Below are positions 56,321-63,864 of a stretch of DNA of 64,000 bases, piece by piece. Source of the stretch: Candidatus Woesearchaeota archaeon (GTDB lineage Archaea > Nanobdellota > Nanobdellia > Woesearchaeales > GW2011-AR4). Made by a program: the position numbers and the translations under genes. Positions within the stretch are counted from its first letter, which is position 1. Every line of letters starts with the position of its first letter. The stretch is from NCBI GenBank assembly GCA_018303655.1, contig JAGVXT010000022.1, positions 2,633-66,632 of the forward strand. Direction: 5' to 3'. Below the pieces are notes generated by a model. That model did no database searches, was not told where the DNA came from, and saw only the letters and a list, made by a program, of their open reading frames with translations.

Positions 56321-59300
56321 TTAAGAATTATTTGTTTTGTTTTGTGTCAGGTTTATGCTTCCGATCACAGTTTCTTCCTTGACCGGAGCGTTCAGGATAT
56401 TTACATAATCTTCAACAATAGCCGGATTTCTGCCTTCCCAATCCACTTTGTAAATATATATGTTTGTTCCAGTCAATCCGCGCTGGTGATTAAATAACTT
56501 GAAATATCTGAGGCCGTGGCCCTGCATGTAAAACATTCTCGTGAACATTGAGCCTGTTAATTCATTGCTTGATATGACAACATCAAGCTCATTTTCATTT
56601 TTTGGTATTACAGTCATGCCAAAGTCAAGGGTACTGCCGTTGAAACTCTTCTTAATAAAGATGCCACTTTCTGTTGTGAATGCAGCTACTTTAGGCCTTA
56701 TAATGCCTTGCTGGCCTACTCCAAAAATATCATAGTTGCTTAGGTTTACCTGAAGGCCGTTGCCGCAAACATAAACCTCTTGAGTGTTTTTGCTGCAGCT
56801 AGTAGTGCCTCCATAACCAGGCCATGGAGCAACCCATGTATTGGCCTCGCTGTCACTTGATATAGCCTGTATTTCAAAATAAATGTTTTCAGCCCTTTCT
56901 TTTGTGTAATTGAATTTATCCATCATATATCCAACAGCCTTCTCTTGGGACATTTTTTTTGCATTAAACCATATGTCAGCCCTTTCAAAATTCCAGCTGC
57001 CAAAATGGCTCCATACGCCGCTTTTGCCAATCATGTCTTCTGAGGCTATGAAATAAGCTTCCGGCGGCTCACAGTGCGTGAAAGAAAGAATTTTTTCAAT
57101 TTGTTTTTCATTAAATCCGAATGATTTTAGTTTTTTTTCCGCTTCTTTTTTATTCATTAATATGATTTGATTTAATATTTTTAATGATAGATGAGTATCG
57201 TTATTGGCCTCATATAGTGTATTGAAAGCTTTATTGCTTCCGCAGTCAAGCATTCTTAAAATAGCCACAGCTTCTGATTCGTTTTGTGACATTAGCAGCT
57301 TTCCAACCCAGTGCGCAGGAGGGTGGGTTTGGGTAGTCCCGTCAAATGTGACTCTTCTTTCAGCAATAGATTTGAAGTGGTGCCCAAAATCCCACCACGA
57401 TGTTATAATTGCATTTTCGCTTGAGTTTTGTTTTATTGCAATCAAGGCGTTATACCAAGCGTCATTGATGATTGGTATGTCAGCTCCGGCACTGCTGACA
57501 GCGCCCCTAATAGGATTGGCGTACATCAAAAGCAATAATGCAATCAAAATGACACTGCTTATAATTTTATGAATTTTTAGCTCTTTGGTCAGCACGCTTG
57601 ATAGATAAACATAGATTTTTCCAAGAGCAGCCCCAAATGCAACGCTGAAGGCAGGAGCAAGCAATAGGGTAAATCTTATGCCCTTGATGCTTGCAAAAAT
57701 CGTCGAGACTATCCAGAGGGACAACAATAAAGAAAGTTTGAAATCATAGGATGAGTCTTTTTTATAGACTGAAATTCCAATTCTTATAAAAATGGGCAGC
57801 ATTATCCAAACCAACAAACCGAAAACAGATAGGTCAAACCCAATCCTTCTGAGTAAAAAGTACGAGCCATAAAAAATAATTGTGCCGATTATGTAAAAAA
57901 AATCAAACCTTCTTATCCCTCCAGTCATGGATATTGCCAGAATCAAACCAAGCAAGCTTATAAAAAAAAGAAATTGGCCCCCTATTGAATTTATAATCCC
58001 ATCAATTGATCCCTCATTTAATTCCGCAACAGTTGTAAGCACATTTGGCCATAATGAAGAACCGCCAACTGGATCTTTAATTGACGGAAAGCTTAATGGT
58101 CCCAGAAAGCTTTTTCTAAATGTGCGCCATCCTGAAAATAGAACAATAAATGCCAGTGTTGAGAGGAAATAAAGAAAACCCACTATAATTATATTCCTAA
58201 CGGCGGTGTTAGAACTCAATACTCTGGGGTTTCTTTTTATTTCACCAAAGTTTATCAGAACCAAATATAAAAATGTTATTCCAATAGTTGCCAGCAAAAA
58301 GTCAAATATATACCACCATCCGCTCCATGCCAATGTAAACAATCCCGTCATAAACCCGGCAAGCAGGGATATAGCCGCGATTTTTAAAGTGTTTTTGGCG
58401 TCTATTGTTGTTACAAACAGCCAAGTTATCATCAATGGAAAAAATATAACCCATATATCATTGTCAGGATGAAGGGACCTTGACAAGAAAGCGCCATTAA
58501 CAGCCATTATCATTCCAGCAAAAAATCCTCCAATATTGCCGGCGATCTTTTTTGCAATTAAAAATACAAGCAACACGCATAAAGCTGAAAAAAATATTAC
58601 TAGGAAAAAACCAGAGCGGATTAATGACAGGTCAGGCATAAAAAAATGAAGGAATTTGTAAAAATAAGCCCATGAATACGAATGGAACGTGTCGGGATAT
58701 ACAAATCTTCCAAGAGGGGCTAATTGCAGATTGTCAAATGATTTGCCGTCTTTCAGCACATCACCAGGGTGTCCATGCTCAACAATATTTTCTGCATACC
58801 TGAGCCAGTAATATGGATCGATGTCGGGCATGTAGTTCTTTCCGTTTTCATCCTGGAAAAATGCCTTGAAGTATTGAGATGTTGCCTTGACCTGCTGGTC
58901 AATCTGCGCTTTGTTTTGGGTTAAAATCTTCTGCAGCTCCGTATCAACAAGCGCATTTTTGTTTGCATCAGGCAAGTTTGGATATTGCTGGTCGATCGAA
59001 GACATTATTTGGGACTTAATTCCATTTATCACGCTGTTCGCAGCCCAGTCATCGGTTACAGGCAGGAATCCGGCCTGCATCCTGACGTAGATTGAAAGGA
59101 CTATTGGAATAAGCGCGATAAAAATAATGCCGTATTTTTTGAAGAAGTCAATAACTTTGCCCCATTCTATTGCTGTATCATCCTCTTCATTTCCAGCTTC
59201 TTTTTCACCGGATTTAAAAAATTTTTTAACTTTGTCAAAGTCAAAAGACAGCTCCATGTTTTCGTCGTCTTTTGCTGTGTGGCTTGCTTTTGTTTCCTCT

Positions 59301-59479
59301 TTTTTTTCACTCTTAAAGAAACTTTTTACCTTGCCAAAGTCAATGGATATTTCATCATCTTCTTTTTTTTCAGCCACCGAGATTTCTTCTTCTTTCTTCT
59401 CCTCTTTCTTATCGCTCTTAAAGAATTTCTTTATTTTGCCAAAGTCGATAGATATTTCTTCATCTTCTTTTGAATCCAT
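56321..59479 (-). CDS. aglB: Archaeal oligosaccharyltransferase, STT3/AglB family
   Basis: 1052 aa. Repeat-bearing N-terminal extension of about 115 aa, then a 13-TM-like core, the ITSWWDFGHH (WWDxG) catalytic motif, and a large C-terminal soluble domain. Confidence 0.85.
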   Translation of the reverse strand: MDSKEDEEISIDFGKIKKFFKSDKKEEKKEEEISVAEKKEDDEISIDFGKVKSFFKSEKKEETKASHTAKDDENMELSFDFDKVKKFFKSGEKEAGNEEDDTAIEWGKVIDFFKKYGIIFIALIPIVLSIYVRMQAGFLPVTDDWAANSVINGIKSQIMSSIDQQYPNLPDANKNALVDTELQKILTQNKAQIDQQVKATSQYFKAFFQDENGKNYMPDIDPYYWLRYAENIVEHGHPGDVLKDGKSFDNLQLAPLGRFVYPDTFHSYSWAYFYKFLHFFMPDLSLIRSGFFLVIFFSALCVLLVFLIAKKIAGNIGGFFAGMIMAVNGAFLSRSLHPDNDIWVIFFPLMITWLFVTTIDAKNTLKIAAISLLAGFMTGLFTLAWSGWWYIFDFLLATIGITFLYLVLINFGEIKRNPRVLSSNTAVRNIIIVGFLYFLSTLAFIVLFSGWRTFRKSFLGPLSFPSIKDPVGGSSLWPNVLTTVAELNEGSIDGIINSIGGQFLFFISLLGLILAISMTGGIRRFDFFYIIGTIIFYGSYFLLRRIGFDLSVFGLLVWIMLPIFIRIGISVYKKDSSYDFKLSLLLSLWIVSTIFASIKGIRFTLLLAPAFSVAFGAALGKIYVYLSSVLTKELKIHKIISSVILIALLLLMYANPIRGAVSSAGADIPIINDAWYNALIAIKQNSSENAIITSWWDFGHHFKSIAERRVTFDGTTQTHPPAHWVGKLLMSQNESEAVAILRMLDCGSNKAFNTLYEANNDTHLSLKILNQIILMNKKEAEKKLKSFGFNEKQIEKILSFTHCEPPEAYFIASEDMIGKSGVWSHFGSWNFERADIWFNAKKMSQEKAVGYMMDKFNYTKERAENIYFEIQAISSDSEANTWVAPWPGYGGTTSCSKNTQEVYVCGNGLQVNLSNYDIFGVGQQGIIRPKVAAFTTESGIFIKKSFNGSTLDFGMTVIPKNENELDVVISSNELTGSMFTRMFYMQGHGLRYFKLFNHQRGLTGTNIYIYKVDWEGRNPAIVEDYVNILNAPVKEETVIGSINLTQNKTNNS
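59135..59470 (-). repeat. Four degenerate repeats (D/E-rich spacer plus [S/E][IF]DFGK[IV]K.FFKS) in the AglB N-terminal extension
   Basis: EISIDFGKIKKFFKSDKKEE / EISIDFGKVKSFFKSEKKEE / ELSFDFDKVKKFFKSGEKE / AIEWGKVIDFFKKYG. Confidence 0.7.
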
Positions 59480-59489
59480 AAGTTGTGAC

Positions 59490-59496
59490 CACCTCC
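59490..59496 (-). promoter_or_regulatory. Shine-Dalgarno-like GGAGGTG upstream of aglB
   Basis: The reverse strand reads GGAGGTG, then a 10-nt spacer, then ATG (59479). Confidence 0.5.
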
Positions 59497-59544
59497 ATCA
59501 AGGTAAAGAGCGCGTTTTAAAAAGCTTTTGTTAAGCAGTGGCAT

Positions 59545-59597
59545 GCGAGGTTCTAGATGTCCGCGAGCGTGTGCAGACTCACACGCAGGTACCTCGC
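59545..59597. other. GC-rich nested stem-loop between the GGR-like gene and aglB
   Basis: Outer stem GCGAGGT(59545-51)/ACCTCGC(59591-97). Inner stem CGTGTG(59568-73)/CACACG(59580-85). A second GCGAG copy allows an alternative pairing. Confidence 0.45.
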
Positions 59598-59645
59598 TCA
59601 CCATCTCACAATCATTTTTGAAAATATAGCCGAACAACAAAGTAA

Positions 59646-60788
59646 TTAGGCATTATCAATTGTTTGTTGTCGGCTATCTTGCAAACCACAACAATACCTA
59701 ATAATTTTTGCGGTTGGCAATAATAAAAACCTTGGCTCTTTAAGCAATAGGTTGGCAACCAATGGTATTGGCGTGTCCCTGTCATATTTTTTCAGTATTT
59801 TTCTTACTTTTTCCTTGCCCATAAGATGAAGCAATTTGTCATAGTCTTTATCTGAAAATTTGTTTAATATATTCCTTATCCTCAGGTGCAAGAGGAGCTC
59901 CTTTCCGGATTGCTTTTTGAATTCCTTGTTGTAGTCTTTGCTGTTGATGATGCACTCGCACAATGTCTGAGCTGCCTTGAGCGAAGGTATTATTCCCCCT
60001 CCTGTTGTCGCTTTTACCTGGAAAGCAGCATCCCCAATCAAATAGACATTGCCTTTTTGTATGATTTTTTTCGGGTTGTACAATGGAATCAAGCCGGATT
60101 CCCAGCATAAAACATCCTTTTTTCCAGTTTTGCTTTTCAGGAACCTGTAGAAATGCTCCTGGGCATTTTCAAAGCAGCCGATGCCAAGCCTTACAGTATT
60201 ATCAGATTCTGGAACGCACCACCCAAAAAAATCTGGAAAATCATTTCCAAAATGAGTTTCAAATGCTGTTGTGTCCATTGCAAGCCTTACTTTTGCCTGC
60301 ATTCCTATGTAGTTCTTTGAGCCTGAGTCAATGCCGGCGGTATTTGCAACAGCTGAATACGGACCGTCAGCTCCAACAACAACATCTGTTTTTATTTTTT
60401 TTATCTTATTGTTTTTTTTGTCTTTTGCTATTATTGTGCTTTCTCCTTCAAATCCCATAAACTTGTGGTTTAATGATATTTCAGCTCCAGCATCCTGAGC
60501 CATATCAGCGACAAACCTGTCAAATTTATCGCGCCACATAACAATCTCATTGACATTAACCGTAATTCTGTTGTTCTTGCTGACAACAACCACTTTGTCA
60601 AGCTTTTTTGCTATAACCTCATTTTTGAGCCTGAAGAACTTTTCAATGGAATGTGTTACAATGCCAGTGCATTGGACAGGCGCTCCAACTTTGCTGTGCT
60701 CTTCAAGAATTGTCACTTCTTTGCCTTGTTTTGCCAATAAGTACGCCAGATAAGAGCCTGCAGGCCCAGCCCCGACTATGGTTATCAT
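59646..60788 (-). CDS. Geranylgeranyl reductase family flavoprotein
   Basis: MITIVGAGPAGSYLAYLLAKQGKEVTILEE FAD motif and VYLIGDAA. About 380 aa, as in archaeal GGRs. Confidence 0.75.
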   Translation of the reverse strand: MITIVGAGPAGSYLAYLLAKQGKEVTILEEHSKVGAPVQCTGIVTHSIEKFFRLKNEVIAKKLDKVVVVSKNNRITVNVNEIVMWRDKFDRFVADMAQDAGAEISLNHKFMGFEGESTIIAKDKKNNKIKKIKTDVVVGADGPYSAVANTAGIDSGSKNYIGMQAKVRLAMDTTAFETHFGNDFPDFFGWCVPESDNTVRLGIGCFENAQEHFYRFLKSKTGKKDVLCWESGLIPLYNPKKIIQKGNVYLIGDAAFQVKATTGGGIIPSLKAAQTLCECIINSKDYNKEFKKQSGKELLLHLRIRNILNKFSDKDYDKLLHLMGKEKVRKILKKYDRDTPIPLVANLLLKEPRFLLLPTAKIIRYCCGLQDSRQQTIDNA

Positions 60789-60920
60789 GATTTTGGGGAA
60801 TATTTATTGTTTATATAGCTAATGCCAAGCATGTCCAAATTATAGCTGATTTTGTACCTACTATCCAATAACGAAAACTTTAAAAAGGGGTATATACTAC
60901 CAGTAAGCGTTGGGGTCATA

Positions 60921-62609
60921 ATGAATATTAAAACCATTGTTTTGGGAGCATTTTTGCTTGTATTAATAGGATTATTCAGCCCTATTGCCAATGCCGATGT
61001 TTTTGGCGATGCATCTGATGTTTCTATAGACAGAGTAAAGGCAAACGGCAAGTCTCTTGCTGACGGCAGGACAAACTTCCTTGAGGATGAAGATGAGATT
61101 GACATTCAGGCAAGCCTGACTGCTACAGAGGACATAAGCAATATGCATGTTGAGGCTATTCTGACTGATTTAACCACAGGCAACACGGTTGCTGACTCAA
61201 CGGGCACTTTTACATTGAGGACAAACCAGAGCACTCTGGTGGCTTTGAACCTGAAGCTTATTGACTTACTTAAAAGGCAAAAAGACTTCAGGCTTGAGCT
61301 AAGGATTGTTGATGTTGAAGGAGGCATAGAGCAGAAGTCTTATGGAATAAAGTTTACAGGCGCGGGAGGCGCAGGCGCAGGGGCAAGGGGCACAGAGGAG
61401 CTTGATGTTTCAATAGATAGCGTGCAGCTGGAAAACAATGCTCTTGCAGAGAATGAAAACAACTTTGTAATAATTGACAAGGGCAGCAGAGAGCTTGATT
61501 TGAAGGTAAGGCTTACATCGCTTGGAAACATTGAGGATGCCCATGTTGATGCTGTTCTTGCCTTTGAAAACGGCGATGTTGTTGCAGATGCAACTCTCAC
61601 ATTTGACATTGCAGATGGCGAAAACACATTCAAGGACCTTGAGCTGCCTTTAATCGGCAAATTTGAGCAGAACAGCTTTAAACTTAAGGTAAAAGTTACT
61701 GATGCAGAGGGTGATTCAGAAGAAAAGTTATATGGACTGAAAATAAGCCAGAAAAAGTTTCCTTTTGTCATAAGCAGCGTTGAATTAATGCCGGATAATG
61801 CAGAAGCAGGCAAGAATCTTATCGCAAGAGTAATTTTCAAAAACAGCGGGGTTGTTCCGCTTGAGGGAATCAATGCGAAAGTAAGCATTCCCGAGCTTGG
61901 AATTTCATCCACAAAATTTGTTGACCAGATAAAAAATAGCGGGCTTTTTGAAGTAAGTGAAGACTTCATACTAAAAATTTTGGACAGCACGCCAACAGGA
62001 ACATACACTTTAAGGTCTGAAATTGCCTCGCAGTTTGGAGGCGACAGCGAAGTCAAGGAACTGCCTGTTTTTATTGTTGGCAAAGGCGAGCAGGGCATGC
62101 AGATAGTCAATGACAAATTGGTGATTAATATTCCGATAGTAAAGCAGGACATTTATAATGACGGCAGCGAAGTCATCTATCCGATTATATTGACAAATGA
62201 AGGGCATGACTCAAACGCATACACCCTATTGATGGACGGCGCAAGCTGGGCTGATTTGAGGCTAAGCGAGTCAAACACATTCATCTTAAAGCCAAAGGAA
62301 TCAAAGACAATAAACATTTTTGCCTCGACAAATGCAGATGCAACAGGCGAGCAGATATTTTTAACAACAGTCAAAAGCAATGACAATGTTTTGAAGCAGA
62401 TCCCGCTAAAAGGAAATGTTATTGCCGCAAAGGGCCTGTTGGCTGCCAGGCTCAAGGGCGTCTTGGAAACAGCATTAATAGCCATTGTAATTTTCCTTGC
62501 TGCTATAGGCTTGTTTTTCGGAGTTAAAAAATACATGGAGAGCAATGGCAGCGAAGAAGCAAGCGATAAGGAAGTTGCAACCATAGAAAGCGAACCTTAT
62601 TATTACTAA
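60921..62609 (+). CDS. Secreted, C-terminally anchored surface protein with repeated Ig-like modules
   Basis: Signal peptide MNIKTIVLGAFLLVLIGLFSPIANA. Two similar modules of about 115 aa (DVSIDRVKANG.. / DVSIDSVQLEN..). C-terminal TM ALIAIVIFLAAIGLFFGV and an acidic tail. Confidence 0.65.
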   Translation: MNIKTIVLGAFLLVLIGLFSPIANADVFGDASDVSIDRVKANGKSLADGRTNFLEDEDEIDIQASLTATEDISNMHVEAILTDLTTGNTVADSTGTFTLRTNQSTLVALNLKLIDLLKRQKDFRLELRIVDVEGGIEQKSYGIKFTGAGGAGAGARGTEELDVSIDSVQLENNALAENENNFVIIDKGSRELDLKVRLTSLGNIEDAHVDAVLAFENGDVVADATLTFDIADGENTFKDLELPLIGKFEQNSFKLKVKVTDAEGDSEEKLYGLKISQKKFPFVISSVELMPDNAEAGKNLIARVIFKNSGVVPLEGINAKVSIPELGISSTKFVDQIKNSGLFEVSEDFILKILDSTPTGTYTLRSEIASQFGGDSEVKELPVFIVGKGEQGMQIVNDKLVINIPIVKQDIYNDGSEVIYPIILTNEGHDSNAYTLLMDGASWADLRLSESNTFILKPKESKTINIFASTNADATGEQIFLTTVKSNDNVLKQIPLKGNVIAAKGLLAARLKGVLETALIAIVIFLAAIGLFFGVKKYMESNGSEEASDKEVATIESEPYYY

Positions 62610-62677
62610 CTATTTTAATTCTTTTTTATTTTTTTAATTGTTTTTGATTTATCCTAGGGAACCTATTATATAAACCC

Positions 62678-63643
62678 ATGAAAAAAACAAAAAAAATATT
62701 AACGGTTTTTGCCATATTTTTATATTTTATCAGCTTTGCCTATGCCCAAGATTTTGCATTATTCTCCGGCAAATTTTACGGCTTAAAAGACGGGAAGCAA
62801 AAAATAGAATTTGAATTCTACAATGGAACTTATGACATCTGTGAAAATGAGAAAAAAACAATACCAATCCTGATTGTAAATAATGCAAACAGTGACGATA
62901 ACTATTCCTTAAGCGCATCTGGCGTTGGCTGGGCGGTTTTTAATCTTAAGGAATTTTCATTGCCAAAAAAGCAGGATGGAATTATATTTCTTGAATTAAG
63001 GCCAACTGCAAATGCAAAAGGCAATTACTATATTGGTGTAATTGCATTCTCTTCAGAAGGCATCAGGCAAAATTTGCTATTCAATATTAATGTAAACAGA
63101 TGCTATTCTTTGAGCTTGGAGCTTGAAAAAGAAAAAGACAAGGTTTGCGGCGGCATAAAAAAGCAATATAGTGGAGAAATAACAAATGCCGGGGAACAAG
63201 AAATTAGCGTTGAATTAAGTTTAAAGAGCCCGAACTGGATAAGCTTAGACAAAAATATTATTTCTGTTGTTGCAAATAACACGCAATACTTCAGGCTAAA
63301 TGCAGATGTGCCGGCAAACGCAAAAGGCATTTTTGATGTCATTGTAAATGCCGCAATAAAAAATCCGCCGTCAATAAATGAAGAAAAAAGACTAAGCATA
63401 GAGGTTGTGCCTAAATACGACTGCTATAAAGCCGATGCTTTAGCTGAAGATAGCGTTTATTCAAAAAAGATTGATGTAGTTTTAAGCAAAGAAAATAAAT
63501 TTCTGAAAGGAGCGAAATCATTTTTTGTTTTTTATAAATTTTATTTGATAAGCGGAATTTTAATATCATTGTTTGTCATATTTTTAATTGAATTCTACAG
63601 GCCGATGTTTAAATTGCTGAAAAGCATAGGCAAGAAAAAATAA
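62678..63643 (+). CDS. Secreted, C-terminally anchored surface protein
   Basis: Signal peptide MKKTKKILTVFAIFLYFISFAYAQ, a beta-rich middle, and C-terminal TM FYLISGILISLFVIFLIEF plus a basic tail. Confidence 0.6.
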   Translation: MKKTKKILTVFAIFLYFISFAYAQDFALFSGKFYGLKDGKQKIEFEFYNGTYDICENEKKTIPILIVNNANSDDNYSLSASGVGWAVFNLKEFSLPKKQDGIIFLELRPTANAKGNYYIGVIAFSSEGIRQNLLFNINVNRCYSLSLELEKEKDKVCGGIKKQYSGEITNAGEQEISVELSLKSPNWISLDKNIISVVANNTQYFRLNADVPANAKGIFDVIVNAAIKNPPSINEEKRLSIEVVPKYDCYKADALAEDSVYSKKIDVVLSKENKFLKGAKSFFVFYKFYLISGILISLFVIFLIEFYRPMFKLLKSIGKKK

Positions 63644-63644
63644 G

Positions 63645-63821
63645 TGGGGGCGCGGCGACTTGCATGCGCAAGCATGCTCGCTTGCAACAATTTGAACGCC
63701 GATCCGACGGTATAGCCCGTTTTTCCTTTCATTGGGATATTCCTCAAAGCTCCAAACGACTGGAGCCGTCTATACTAGCCAGGATGTACGGATTTTTTAT
63801 AGTCCATTATACTACGCCCCC
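63645..63821 (-). tRNA. tRNA-Trp(CCA): tRNA-Trp (anticodon CCA) interrupted by three putative introns (D-loop, 37/38, T-loop)
   Basis: The reverse strand reads GGGGGCG TA GTAT AATGG[about 24 nt]CTA GTAT A GACGG CTCCAG[48 nt]A CCGTC GGAT CGGCG TTCAAAT[32 nt]CGCCG CGCCCCC A. It has a 7-bp acceptor stem, U8, A14, GG, A21, U33, G53:C61 and discriminator A. No CCA is encoded. Confidence 0.7.
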
Positions 63822-63846
63822 GTCAGAATCAGAATTAATTAGCGTT

Positions 63847-63854
63847 ATTTAAAA
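63847..63854 (-). promoter_or_regulatory. Candidate archaeal TATA box of the tRNA-Trp gene
   Basis: The reverse strand reads TTTTAAAT 26-33 nt upstream of tRNA position 1, which is the canonical archaeal spacing. Confidence 0.45.
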
Positions 63855-63864
63855 GTTGTTGTTT

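Noticed and set aside
59127-59640. Three ORFs in the track: 59127-59534 (+), 59279-59473 (+) and 59431-59640 (-)
   Set aside because: The + strand ORFs are low-complexity S/F/L-rich shadows of the K/E/F-rich repeat region of aglB. The - strand ORF runs through the GC-rich hairpin and SD region and overlaps the aglB start.
61340-62152. 270-aa antisense ORF inside the surface-protein gene
   Set aside because: It is an S/L/T/P-rich shadow frame. The + strand ORF has a signal peptide, repeated modules and a C-terminal anchor. The same reasoning applies to the other long antisense ORFs, for example 40390-40827, 38706-39119, 52639-53112, 57204-57572 and 31799-32173.
63709-63756. Box C/D sRNA inside the tRNA-Trp anticodon-loop intron (as known for some euryarchaeal pre-tRNA-Trp)
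   Set aside because: No RUGAUGA/CUGA box pair is recognisable in the 48-nt insertion, only weak TGAGGA and ATGAAA look-alikes.
63664-63852. 62-aa ORF on the + strand
   Set aside because: It lies entirely opposite or over the tRNA-Trp structure and its promoter. The peptide has no protein-like features. The region is better explained as an RNA gene.
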